A stretch of DNA of 64,000 nucleotides, taken from positions 2,215-66,214 of the forward strand of contig JAAVYP010000007.1 of NCBI GenBank assembly GCA_022791195.1, read 5' to 3'. The position numbers and the translations under genes were made by a program. The stretch's first letter is position 1. Each line of letters begins with the position of its first letter. Source of the DNA: Clostridiales bacterium (lineage in GTDB: Bacteria > Bacillota > Clostridia > Oscillospirales > CAG-272). This document shows positions 19,413-28,200 of this stretch, in pieces. Below the pieces are notes generated by a model. It did not search any database. It was not told the DNA's origin and saw nothing but the letters and a program-made list of their open reading frames with translations.

Positions 19413-20065
19413 TGGAGACTCTCCTGTTCCTTTTGAATCACACGGCCTGTATACGCATCAATTTTGTAGTCATATTCAGTATCGGCCGCATTAAACTCTA
19501 CCGCATAATATTCCCGGCCGTTTTCATTTTCAAGATAACATTTCAAAAACGTCGCCTCTTTTGCAGGCTGGCCGGCATCACGCAGAGCTACTTGCTTTGC
19601 TTCTTCTAAATTCAGACGCGCCTTGGCAGACGCGCCAATCGAACGGTCATTATTGTCGCTGTTGCCGGTTTGATTATTGCCGGCCGTTTCCTCGGTATTG
19701 CCCTCAGCTAAATGATTATTGTCGTCTTTTACATCTCCAATAATATTTTCACCAATATCTTTAGCCTCGTCTACGCCTTTTTCAACGCCGTTTTTTACGC
19801 CGTCACTCACGTCTTCCGCTTTATCTTTTACATCATTGCCAATATCCTCGGCACCGTCTTTTATATCGTTGCCTATATCTTGTGCCTTATCCTGCACGTC
19901 ATCTTTGACATCATTAACATCATCGCGAATCTGGTCTCCTGCTTGATCAAGTTCTTCATCGCTTCCTATAAAACCATCTTCGTCGGTTACCTTACCATTG
20001 CCGCAAGCACAAAGACAAAGAGTCAACGCAAGTGTTAAAATGAACGTAATGATAATTTTTTTCAT
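19409..20065 (-). CDS. lipoprotein with 11-residue acidic repeats and a C-terminal PepSY domain
   Basis: Signal plus lipobox (LCLCACG). Repeats are of the form DIGNDVKDKAED. The C-terminus EEAKQVALRDAG...YAVEFNAADTEYDYKIDAYTGRVI is PepSY-like. Confidence 0.75.
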   Translation of the reverse strand: MKKIIITFILTLALTLCLCACGNGKVTDEDGFIGSDEELDQAGDQIRDDVNDVKDDVQDKAQDIGNDIKDGAEDIGNDVKDKAEDVSDGVKNGVEKGVDEAKDIGENIIGDVKDDNNHLAEGNTEETAGNNQTGNSDNNDRSIGASAKARLNLEEAKQVALRDAGQPAKEATFLKCYLENENGREYYAVEFNAADTEYDYKIDAYTGRVIQKEQESLQ

Positions 20066-20341
20066 TGCAATCTCCTTTCTGCCGCTTTAGCGGCTGCACC
20101 TCGAAAGCATGCAAAAACGGGCAAAATCCCATTCTGAAACTATCGGCGCAAAAACTATATAGTTTTATTGTTTATTTTTACGCCGCATATTGCTTTCTTA
20201 GATATTATCCGCGATTCGAGGGTTATTCATACCAAAATCCTTTTCTTGCTTTGGTAGAATTTAACAAACATTGATAAAAAATCATTTTTCCATGAGGATG
20301 TTTAATTCATCATAAAATCACATAATATACGCCATATATAT

Positions 20342-20374
20342 AATAACAGCGCCGCAAATTCGCGGCGCTGTTAT
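20342..20374. terminator. hairpin terminator directly after the sigma-factor gene
   Basis: AATAACAGCGCCGC aaatt GCGGCGCTGTTATT forms a 14-bp stem, T/A-rich on both sides, starting 3 nt after the stop at 20377. Confidence 0.7.
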
Positions 20375-20376
20375 TT

Positions 20377-22068
20377 TCATCGATTAACAATAAGCGTTGT
20401 CAAGGCCTTTTTCTGTCCTGCTGATGGTTCTTTCAGTTTTCCGTTTTTCAAAAGAGCTGTGACACAATGAAGCAAAAACCAGCCGTCAGAATGAAATATA
20501 AACTGAAGCTCGTATTCCTTGCACTTTCTTAGATGCGCCGGAACCGATTTTAATACCGCTTCTGCATAAGGCGCCTTTAGCTCTTCAAAATCAGCTTGAT
20601 ACCTTGCTTTAATACGCTCGCCAACAGCCAGTAATTTATCACGAATTTCATCGCTTGCCAAAATGACGATCTGCCATGAGGCTTTAAACTGTCCGTCATA
20701 ATCGCCGTTTGTTTTGATATATCCGCGTTCGGATAGCCATGCATACTCATCCTTAGAAAGAGGGCCATCCTGCTCTCTTGCATACAGAGAAAGTATGCGT
20801 TTCGCATCTTCTCCAAATGATAAACGGAATTCCTCTCGCCGATCCGACCACTCGCTGTCTATTTGCCAGAAAATTCTCTCTCCGTCTCCATTCCACATGG
20901 GACCGCACCAGTTTTTCATATACACGTAGTCATCAGGGAGAATCATTTCATCCGGCACGACAGAAGCGTGAAAAATATTGTGTGCGCCGTCCGGCCGATA
21001 GGTGGCAACCTCTTCAAAAGAAATGCTGTCGTCCATTCGTTTCTCGCCCGACTGGGCGGCAATATACGGAATTAGTGACCATAAAATAAAATTCCGATCT
21101 GCTTTAGGCGACTTGGTTAGAAGCACTGGGTTATCAGTCTGATGACACCAGATATCCGAATCTTCCAAAATGCCGCTCTTTGTAAGTTCATCATACAGAT
21201 CATTGGCAAACAGCTCGGCAGCACGTTTATACATATCATTCTGCATCGTCAGCAGCTCTGCCGTTGGCTCACTGATAATGAAATTAATCATATACTTATC
21301 TTTTTGTGCCTGCAGAAATCCATATTCCTCAAGAAATTCCACTTCAGTTTCGACATACACAGGAGAAACGCCTAAATCATCAGCAATTTCTGCTATTGTC
21401 TTCGCTGTATTTCGCACACAGTAGCAAATATTCTGGGAAAGTGCAGAACGGAAAAACTCGTCCGGGGACTTTGTGCCAACCGAACCGTTGATACCGTAAG
21501 AGTGAAATTTAATGGGATTAAACTTTAAATCACTTGCTTTTCTCATCGTATCCATACCTCGTTTCAATTCTTTTTTTGCTTCAAACAAGTGCCATTTAAC
21601 AGTACCAAGAGGAATGCCAAGATCGCGCGCAATATCTGCCTGCTTGTGATTCTCAAAATAATAGGCAATCACAATTTTTCTTTGCAGCTTTGAAAGATAA
21701 GCAATCTCGGTCTGGAGCCGTTTGATGATCTCACCCTGGTCGCCAAGTTCGATTTCAGAACACGGATCGGCAAGCAGCTCCGCTACCTCGTCCACTGAAA
21801 CGCCGACCATGTTCTTCGCGGTATCACGATAATAATTGCTAAGCGTATGATGAGCAATCGTCCAGATAAATTTGCTGATATCCACAATATCGTCCTTACC
21901 GAGAAGCGCTCGGAACACCCTTATTGCGATCTCCTGCGAAAGATCTTCCGCATCGTAGAGACTTTTACACCTTTTCAGCGCAAATCCGAATATGGGTTTT
22001 ACATATTCCGTTATGATTTTTTCTGCCTCTTGTCTGTTCACTTGTTTTCTCCTTTTGAAAGCTTTCAC
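20377..22068 (-). CDS. sigma-70 family (ECF-like) RNA polymerase sigma factor with a ~385-aa C-terminal extension
   Basis: The N-terminus has region 2 (DLSQEIAIRVFRAL...) and a region-4 HTH (QADIARDLGIPLGTVKWHLFEAKKEL). The rest is soluble with a second HTH-like stretch. The ORF-track start is a GTG; a GTG at 22041 has a better RBS (AAGGAG plus 7 nt). Confidence 0.8.
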   Translation of the reverse strand: MKAFKRRKQVNRQEAEKIITEYVKPIFGFALKRCKSLYDAEDLSQEIAIRVFRALLGKDDIVDISKFIWTIAHHTLSNYYRDTAKNMVGVSVDEVAELLADPCSEIELGDQGEIIKRLQTEIAYLSKLQRKIVIAYYFENHKQADIARDLGIPLGTVKWHLFEAKKELKRGMDTMRKASDLKFNPIKFHSYGINGSVGTKSPDEFFRSALSQNICYCVRNTAKTIAEIADDLGVSPVYVETEVEFLEEYGFLQAQKDKYMINFIISEPTAELLTMQNDMYKRAAELFANDLYDELTKSGILEDSDIWCHQTDNPVLLTKSPKADRNFILWSLIPYIAAQSGEKRMDDSISFEEVATYRPDGAHNIFHASVVPDEMILPDDYVYMKNWCGPMWNGDGERIFWQIDSEWSDRREEFRLSFGEDAKRILSLYAREQDGPLSKDEYAWLSERGYIKTNGDYDGQFKASWQIVILASDEIRDKLLAVGERIKARYQADFEELKAPYAEAVLKSVPAHLRKCKEYELQFIFHSDGWFLLHCVTALLKNGKLKEPSAGQKKALTTLIVNR

Positions 22069-22139
22069 TCATATAGACACGCGAATCCAAAAAGGTTGGC
22101 TATTTTCTAAAAATAAATTAAATTCAATAGAGGATAGAT

Positions 22140-22165
22140 AAAAATGCTGCCCGCATAAGGCAGCA
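22140..22165 (-). terminator. intrinsic terminator of the Crp-ABC operon
   Basis: The minus strand reads TGCTGCC ttatgcg GGCAGCA followed by TTTTT, ~70 nt after the ATPase stop. Confidence 0.6.
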
Positions 22166-22236
22166 CTTTGCTCAAAAAATACAAAAAGTGCAGTTAATCC
22201 ATTCCAAAATTCAGAAATATTAGTTTAACCGCTTCT

Positions 22237-22806
22237 TCATCTATCTCCTACCGAAATGACAGGAGCCGAAAACGCTTTTGCTTCTTCTATATCATGCGTG
22301 ATAATAATTCCATTTTTCATATATTTTCTCACACATTGTATCGTATCATATTTTAACTCTTCATGCAGCCCTTTAAATGGTTCGTCAAACAAAATCAAAT
22401 CACGCCCACAGGCCAGCGCCCGGGCAATCGCCACCCGCTGCTGCATCCCGCCAGAAAGAGCAGCTGCTTTTTTGTCCAGTGCTTCTTTTAGCTTTAAATC
22501 AACCAAAATTTGTTCAGCTATCGCTCGATTGGATACACAACTTACATTTTCAAGAGCGCTCATATGCAAAAAAAGTCTCGGCTCCTGAAACACCATGCCC
22601 ACTTTATCCGGCACGCCTATAATATGTCCCTGATCTGGACGCTCCAAGCCCGCTATCATCCGTAACAGAGTCGTTTTCCCGCTGCCCGAAGGCCCCATGA
22701 TAGCCGTCATGACCTGCTCTTCAAATGATATCGTACAAGAAAAATGCTCAAACACCTTTGTATCACCATACGATTTGTCAATTTCTTCAACGCGAATCAA
22801 AGCCAA
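22237..22806 (-). CDS. ABC transporter ATP-binding protein (NitT/TauT-type, minimal 189-aa NBD)
   Basis: Walker A GPSGSGKTT, signature LSGGMQQRVAIARAL, Walker B LILFDEP and H-loop IIITHD. The protein ends ~20 aa after the H-loop. Confidence 0.88.
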   Translation of the reverse strand: MALIRVEEIDKSYGDTKVFEHFSCTISFEEQVMTAIMGPSGSGKTTLLRMIAGLERPDQGHIIGVPDKVGMVFQEPRLFLHMSALENVSCVSNRAIAEQILVDLKLKEALDKKAAALSGGMQQRVAIARALACGRDLILFDEPFKGLHEELKYDTIQCVRKYMKNGIIITHDIEEAKAFSAPVISVGDR

Positions 22807-23533
22807 GCCTCCTTATTATGGTGCAAAACACTTTTTCAATCAAAACACTGAAAATAACAACCACCGCTGTCCACGCGAAAAGATCTGCGGTTTCCAAATA
22901 GCTTTTTGATAAAAAGATTTCATTGCCAATAGACAACGCAGGCCGGCATAAAACCTCGGCCGCGATGCCGGCCTTCCATGAAAGGCCAAGCGCCGTCACG
23001 CAGCCAGCCGCAAAATATGGCAACACTGAAGGGAGATATAAAACTCTCATTTTTTTACGAAAGGAAAACCCATAAACATTCGTCACCTCTAAAAGCAGCG
23101 GATTCACCTCGTCCATCCCCTTTTTCACATTGCCCCACACAATAGGAATCACCATAATGCAGGCGGCGAATGCCGGCACCTGCTCACGATCCATAAAATA
23201 CCAGGTCAATATGATAAAAGAGGCCACCGGCACACAGCGAATGACCGTCATTAAAGGAGAAATCAGCCTGTGAAGATAACGATTCAAAGAAAAAACGCCG
23301 CACACACTTCCGAATATCATTCCAGCCAAAAAGCCCGTAAAAATACGGGCCAGCGAATAAAAACAGCTCTTCCAAAAAGCACCCGTCCGCCCGAGCTGAC
23401 ACAAACGCCGCAAGGCGGCCGCCGGACTGACAAAGATCAACTCTTTGTCAATCAGCATAGCCGCCGCCTGCCACACCAACAGCCAAAACAGGAGAATGGC
23501 TGCCCATACAAAAATCTTTTTAAGCTTATTCAT
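22787..23533 (-). CDS. ABC transporter permease (NitT/TauT family)
   Basis: Multi-TM ORF. The likely start is ATG 23533 (MNKLKKIFVW), overlapping the substrate-binding protein (SBP) stop. The track start 23587 is an extension. Confidence 0.85.
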   Translation of the reverse strand: MNKLKKIFVWAAILLFWLLVWQAAAMLIDKELIFVSPAAALRRLCQLGRTGAFWKSCFYSLARIFTGFLAGMIFGSVCGVFSLNRYLHRLISPLMTVIRCVPVASFIILTWYFMDREQVPAFAACIMVIPIVWGNVKKGMDEVNPLLLEVTNVYGFSFRKKMRVLYLPSVLPYFAAGCVTALGLSWKAGIAAEVLCRPALSIGNEIFLSKSYLETADLFAWTAVVVIFSVLIEKVFCTIIRRLGFDSR

Positions 23534-24533
23534 ACCAAAATCCGTCGTCGGGCAAAGCGCCGCCCACGCTGGCTGCATCCGCTTCATATAACACTTTCAA
23601 GAAAGCGCTTAACTGCTCTTTCATCTGTGCACCGTCCTGATACACGATATGACAATTCGGATAAGCCTTCATAGCAATCGCCGCTTTGGGCAAAATAGCA
23701 TATGTTTCACACAAGGCTGCCGCTGTTTCCAGGTTTTCATCAACAAAATCTACCGACGTTTGATATTCATCCAAAAACGCCTCAACCGCGGCATGATTTT
23801 TTTCGGCAAACTCCTTATTCACAACAATGCAACCCTGCATAACCGTGCTTGTTTCATCTATTTTTTCCCATTCTTTGGTCATATCAAGCGCCACTTTTAC
23901 TTTGTCTTTTCCATTGATCAGCACAGCGCTCACTTTCGGTTCAGGCAGCATAGCAATTTCAATATCGCCGCTTACCAAACCGGCCGATACGGTGTCGGCA
24001 TCGGCAAACTCAACCGTCACATTTTCGCCCGGCGTCAATCCATTTTTCGTCAGCACATAATTCAAAATATATTCCGGAGTGGAACCCTGATTGGTGGCAT
24101 AAATGGTTTTGCCCTCTAAATCGCTCACCTTTTCAATGTCTGCGCCGCTTGTCAGCATATACAGCACGCCTAATGTATTGACAGCCGCCGTCTGAATTTT
24201 GCCCGCTGTTTTCTGATACAGCACAGCAGCTAAATTGGTTGGAATGCAGGCAATCTGCAATTCGCCATTGATTAAAGAAGCCGTCACTTCATCTGGTGAA
24301 GCAGCTACAGTAAACTGGTAATCATTTGTTGTCTCGCCCTTAGCTGCCATATCCATCAACTTCGCGGCGCCCATACCGGTCGGTCCTGAGAGCACTGCTG
24401 CTTTAATATTAATTTTTTCCGTTGTCGGTTCGCTTGCCGACGGTTGTGTATCCTCTTTTTCCGGTTTGCTGCCGCATGCCGCTAATGTAAGCAGCAGGGA
24501 GAGCATCAATACAAGTGAAATGATTTTTTTCAT
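23526..24533 (-). CDS. ABC substrate-binding lipoprotein (NMT1/THI5-like, aliphatic sulfonate/HMP type fold)
   Basis: Lipobox LTLAACGS and 335 aa. Placed next to a matching permease and ATPase. Substrate unknown. Confidence 0.75.
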   Translation of the reverse strand: MKKIISLVLMLSLLLTLAACGSKPEKEDTQPSASEPTTEKINIKAAVLSGPTGMGAAKLMDMAAKGETTNDYQFTVAASPDEVTASLINGELQIACIPTNLAAVLYQKTAGKIQTAAVNTLGVLYMLTSGADIEKVSDLEGKTIYATNQGSTPEYILNYVLTKNGLTPGENVTVEFADADTVSAGLVSGDIEIAMLPEPKVSAVLINGKDKVKVALDMTKEWEKIDETSTVMQGCIVVNKEFAEKNHAAVEAFLDEYQTSVDFVDENLETAAALCETYAILPKAAIAMKAYPNCHIVYQDGAQMKEQLSAFLKVLYEADAASVGGALPDDGFWYE

Positions 24534-24548
24534 TTTTTCTTCCTTTCG

Positions 24549-25193
24549 CTATTTTGATTGTATATTTACAATTTGAAAACCGTTATCGGTTTTCATAATT
24601 TTGCCTATTTCAACAAGACCGTCAATGGCACGATATAACGAGGCGCGTCCTATATCCAATTGTTCGGACAATTCTTTTAAGCTAAGCGTTAAACGAACCG
24701 TGCCATCTTCATTCGCATGACGCTGAAAATATTCATACACCTTATCTTTTGCATCGCCGGCCGTAAAAAAATCAATCTTTTCATTTAAGTATCTTACCTT
24801 GTCCGAGAGAAAAAGGATGTAATTCATCGCCGCTAATGGTTCAGCTAAAAGCAGATCCTTTACAAATTCCTGTGGGAAAAACAAAACCGAGGTTTTCGCA
24901 CGGGCTGTAATCACCGTCACATATGATTGACCGCCGAAAAGAGCCGCCGCACCAAAAATTTCCCCTTTTTTCATCTGCCGCAAAGGCACATGCTTATGAT
25001 CCGCCTGTTTTTCAACACGAACCGAACCACGTGTAATCAGACCCAGACAAGGCAAATATTGATCGGAAGGCAAAACCCTCTCGCCTCTTTCAAAGTCTTT
25101 TTCAAAAATACGTTCATCTCCAAGCCACACTTTCGCTCGATCCGCAGCCATACCGCGAAACAAGAACAGGCTTTTCACCAAAGATTCGTCCAC
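24549..25193 (-). CDS. Crp/Fnr family transcriptional regulator
   Basis: 214 aa with an N-terminal cNMP-binding-like beta-roll (LFRGM...GEIFG) and a C-terminal HTH (SLKELSEQLDIGRASLYRAI). GTG start preceded by GAGGTG. Confidence 0.85.
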   Translation of the reverse strand: MDESLVKSLFLFRGMAADRAKVWLGDERIFEKDFERGERVLPSDQYLPCLGLITRGSVRVEKQADHKHVPLRQMKKGEIFGAAALFGGQSYVTVITARAKTSVLFFPQEFVKDLLLAEPLAAMNYILFLSDKVRYLNEKIDFFTAGDAKDKVYEYFQRHANEDGTVRLTLSLKELSEQLDIGRASLYRAIDGLVEIGKIMKTDNGFQIVNIQSK

Positions 25194-25209
25194 TTAAAGC
25201 ACCTCGAGT

Positions 25210-25225
25210 TGTATCATATGATACA
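25210..25225. promoter_or_regulatory. perfect 16-bp palindrome TGTATCATATGATACA, a candidate Crp/Fnr-type operator
   Basis: Self-complementary TGTAT-N6-ATACA, which has the same architecture as the CRP site TGTGA-N6-TCACA. It lies between the -10 (25234-25239) and the RBS of the Crp/Fnr gene. Confidence 0.5.
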
Positions 25226-25233
25226 CTTTTGCT

Positions 25234-25262
25234 ATTATAATCTTTTTTTATCCCTTTGTCAA
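25234..25262 (-). promoter_or_regulatory. consensus sigA promoter of the Crp/Fnr-ABC operon
   Basis: The minus strand reads TTGACA (25262..25257), a 17-nt spacer, then TATAAT (25239..25234). Confidence 0.7.
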
Positions 25263-25418
25263 GTGTTTGTCAAACGCCACGAATGAACCATTGCTAAAAT
25301 TTTACGAATATGCTAAAATAAAAAGGAAATTAGGCCATGCCTGTGCATAATCGGCCTGTGGCATCCACATAGATTCATTTTACGATTGAGTATAATCACT
25401 CCAAAGATAAATAAAAAC

Positions 25419-26771
25419 ATGATATTACAAAAAAATCAAATTATTACCGCTTTTATAGAGGATATGAATGCCCTTGGTCACGGCGTAAGCCGCATAGAGG
25501 GCTTTGTGGTGTTTGTGCGCGGCGGCGTGACGGGCGATGAGCTAAAAATTAAAATGATAAAAGTTTTAAAAAATTATGCCATCGCTATTATCGAAGAAAT
25601 AATTTCGCCCTCTCCCTACCGTATCAAGCACCCCTGCGCTGTTAGCACGGCTTGCGGCGGATGTGCTTTTTCTCATATTGATTATCAATACGAAAAAGAG
25701 CTTAAACAAAAATTTGTACAAGCCGAATTTACCAAAGCAGGGCTTTCGTACATGGTGGTACATCCGGTCATCAGCGGATCTTCTTGCGAAGGATATCGAA
25801 ACAAAGTCCAACTGCCGCTGACATCCGATTATCGTTTCGGCTATTACGCGCCCAAAAGCCATCGCATTGTACCTTGCGCTGATGGCTGCCGTCTGCATCC
25901 CGCTATATTTGATCAAATTGCGCAAACGGTTTGCACTTTTGCCAAGGAGCATCAAATATCGGTTTATGATGAAGCCACCGGTCTTGGCCTTTTACGCCAT
26001 CTCTATGTACGCATTGGCAAAGAAACAGGTGAAATCATGGTTTGTCTCGTGATTAATGGAACCTCCCTGCCCCACCAAGAGCAGCTCGTCAGTCAGCTTT
26101 TAGCCGAATATCATGACATTCAAACCATACTTTTGAATATCAATCAAAAAAACACAAATGTTATTTTAGGCGCTCAGAACAAAATTCTTTATGGCAGCGG
26201 CCATATTACCGATCGTTTGTGCGGAAACCTGTTTGAAATTTCGCCTCACTCTTTTTATCAAATTAATCATGACACAGCCGAGCTGCTGTATCAAAAGGCA
26301 CTGCAACTCGCCGAAATCGAAAAAGCAGACAAAGCGGCTGATCTATACTGCGGTATCGGCACAATCGCCATCACCGCCGCAAAAAGCGCGCCAAACACCC
26401 AAATCATTGGCGTAGAAATTGTGCCGGATGCCATCGAAAACGCCAAGAAAAATGCCAAGAGAAATCACATTGACAATGTTTCCTTTTACCAAGGAGACGC
26501 GAATGATCCGCGTATCGCCGACTGCCAGGTGATTATCGTAGACCCGCCGCGCAAAGGACTTTCCGAAGCCCTGATTCAGACCCTCCATAAAAACGCACCG
26601 GATAAAATTGTTTATATTTCCTGTGCGCCGGATACCCTCGCCCGCGACTGCCGACGGCTATTTGATGCTGGCTATCACGCCTGTGAGGTTTTTCCGTTTG
26701 ATATGTTCCCTCGCACCGGACATGTGGAGTGTGTAGTTTTGTTATCGAAGGTGAAGGAAAAACTGGATTGA
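25419..26771 (+). CDS. rlmD: 23S rRNA (uracil-5-)-methyltransferase RumA/RlmD family
   Basis: TRAM-domain N-terminus, a Cys cluster (CAVSTACGGCAF), the SAM motif DLYCGIGT and C-terminal YISCAPDTLARD. ATG 25419 (MILQKNQ) is preferred over the TTG track start 25386. Confidence 0.85.
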   Translation: MILQKNQIITAFIEDMNALGHGVSRIEGFVVFVRGGVTGDELKIKMIKVLKNYAIAIIEEIISPSPYRIKHPCAVSTACGGCAFSHIDYQYEKELKQKFVQAEFTKAGLSYMVVHPVISGSSCEGYRNKVQLPLTSDYRFGYYAPKSHRIVPCADGCRLHPAIFDQIAQTVCTFAKEHQISVYDEATGLGLLRHLYVRIGKETGEIMVCLVINGTSLPHQEQLVSQLLAEYHDIQTILLNINQKNTNVILGAQNKILYGSGHITDRLCGNLFEISPHSFYQINHDTAELLYQKALQLAEIEKADKAADLYCGIGTIAITAAKSAPNTQIIGVEIVPDAIENAKKNAKRNHIDNVSFYQGDANDPRIADCQVIIVDPPRKGLSEALIQTLHKNAPDKIVYISCAPDTLARDCRRLFDAGYHACEVFPFDMFPRTGHVECVVLLSKVKEKLD

Positions 26772-26772
26772 T

Positions 26773-28065
26773 ATGAAAGCTGCAATAAAAGAACTTCGGT
26801 CATTCAATTTCGCTTTATTTGCAGCGCTGTGTGCGCTGTCAACAGTGCCGGCAGTTTATCAAACACTAAAAACTTTTTTGATTTCTTCAAATGCCAGTTT
26901 AGCGTTCGATATTATCGGACAAATGGAATGGTTTGACCTTATCAACGAAACCTTACAAGCGTTTTTAATTATACCGCTTTATTCGGTTTTAAATAAACAT
27001 TTAAATAAACATACAAAGCAATTTGCAGAAAATGTTTTCAAAACCGGAATTTTAACTTTTTGTCTCTATGGCGTTTTTTCAGCCGGTGTTTTCATTTATG
27101 GCACAAGTATTGTTTCCGCAATGAATCCGGCAGAGTTTGACCTTACTGTTACAGTTAATTATCTGCGCCTGGAAACAGTTGCGTTTATGATTGGAATCAT
27201 TGTCAGTTTTGTAAATGTAGTTTTTGTTGTTGCCGGCAGAACTCGTAACATTTATATTTTTCTTATCATCCGCACGTCTTTGTCGGTGTTTTCCGATTTC
27301 TTGCTAATACCTAAAATGGGTGTGTATGGCGCAGCTGTTTCCAATATTGTCGTCAACGGTCTTCTTGCTCTTGCCTCTGTTGCACTTCTCTATATGCAAA
27401 AGCAGATAATTCCCTGTAAATTTTGCAAAAGAGACGTTTTCATGTTCAAGGAATGGACAAAAACCGGTATTTTCTCGGGTCTTCAGCAATTTATTGACAA
27501 TTTGATATACGCAATCATGGTTTGCAAAATGGTCAACATGGTCGCGGAACAAGGAAACTATTGGATTGCCAATAATTTTATCTGGGGATGGCTGCTTATT
27601 CCTATATCGGCCATGTCAGAAGTTATTCGCCGAGACGGCAGCAAAGGATATCGGAAGCTAAAGCAGTCTAACTACTATTTTATTGCTGTTTGTTCGGTTC
27701 TGCTGTGGGCCATAACACTTCCTCTTTGGAAACCTTTTTTTACCTATGCAGAACAATTAAAAAACGCCGATGAAATATTTAATATCGTGATAAAACTCGT
27801 GCCATTCTATATTGCCTATGCGGGATGTGCCATCATTGACAACATTTTTGTGGGGCTTGGAAAAACAAAATACAATGCAATAAACTCACTCATTATCAAT
27901 TTGGGGTACTACGGCATTTTCTATTTGCTGTACCTACATAATAAAATCGAATTTTCAATGAACATGATTATAGCCATGTTCGGCTTTGGTATGGTGGTAC
28001 ATCTAATCATTTCAATCATACAAGAAAAAATATTTCTCAAAAAAGCTGAACACGCAACCGTTTGA
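26773..28065 (+). CDS. MOP/MATE-superfamily polytopic membrane transporter (putative)
   Basis: 430 aa with ~12 predicted hydrophobic segments. The start is 1 nt after the rlmD stop. The family call rests on general resemblance only. Confidence 0.5.
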   Translation: MKAAIKELRSFNFALFAALCALSTVPAVYQTLKTFLISSNASLAFDIIGQMEWFDLINETLQAFLIIPLYSVLNKHLNKHTKQFAENVFKTGILTFCLYGVFSAGVFIYGTSIVSAMNPAEFDLTVTVNYLRLETVAFMIGIIVSFVNVVFVVAGRTRNIYIFLIIRTSLSVFSDFLLIPKMGVYGAAVSNIVVNGLLALASVALLYMQKQIIPCKFCKRDVFMFKEWTKTGIFSGLQQFIDNLIYAIMVCKMVNMVAEQGNYWIANNFIWGWLLIPISAMSEVIRRDGSKGYRKLKQSNYYFIAVCSVLLWAITLPLWKPFFTYAEQLKNADEIFNIVIKLVPFYIAYAGCAIIDNIFVGLGKTKYNAINSLIINLGYYGIFYLLYLHNKIEFSMNMIIAMFGFGMVVHLIISIIQEKIFLKKAEHATV

Positions 28066-28125
28066 TCGATTTCCTTGAACAACTGCGCAAGCAAAGCACC
28101 AGAACACGCAAAACGCGTGATCTGG

Positions 28126-28155
28126 CTGTCAGGATCACTATTTTTTAGTAAAAAA
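28126..28155 (+). terminator. intrinsic terminator after the MATE-like gene
   Basis: GTGATCT ggctgtca GGATCAC followed by TATTTTTT. Confidence 0.5.
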
Positions 28156-28200
28156 GAAAGATTGACTATAAATTCAAAAACTTTAAATAATGGAGATAAA

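Noticed and set aside
20148-20163. 16-bp perfect palindrome AAAACTATATAGTTTT upstream of the PepSY lipoprotein operon
   Set aside because: It is pure A/T sequence in an AT-rich promoter region, so it could be chance or simply a -10-like element. There is no second copy or associated regulator in the window.
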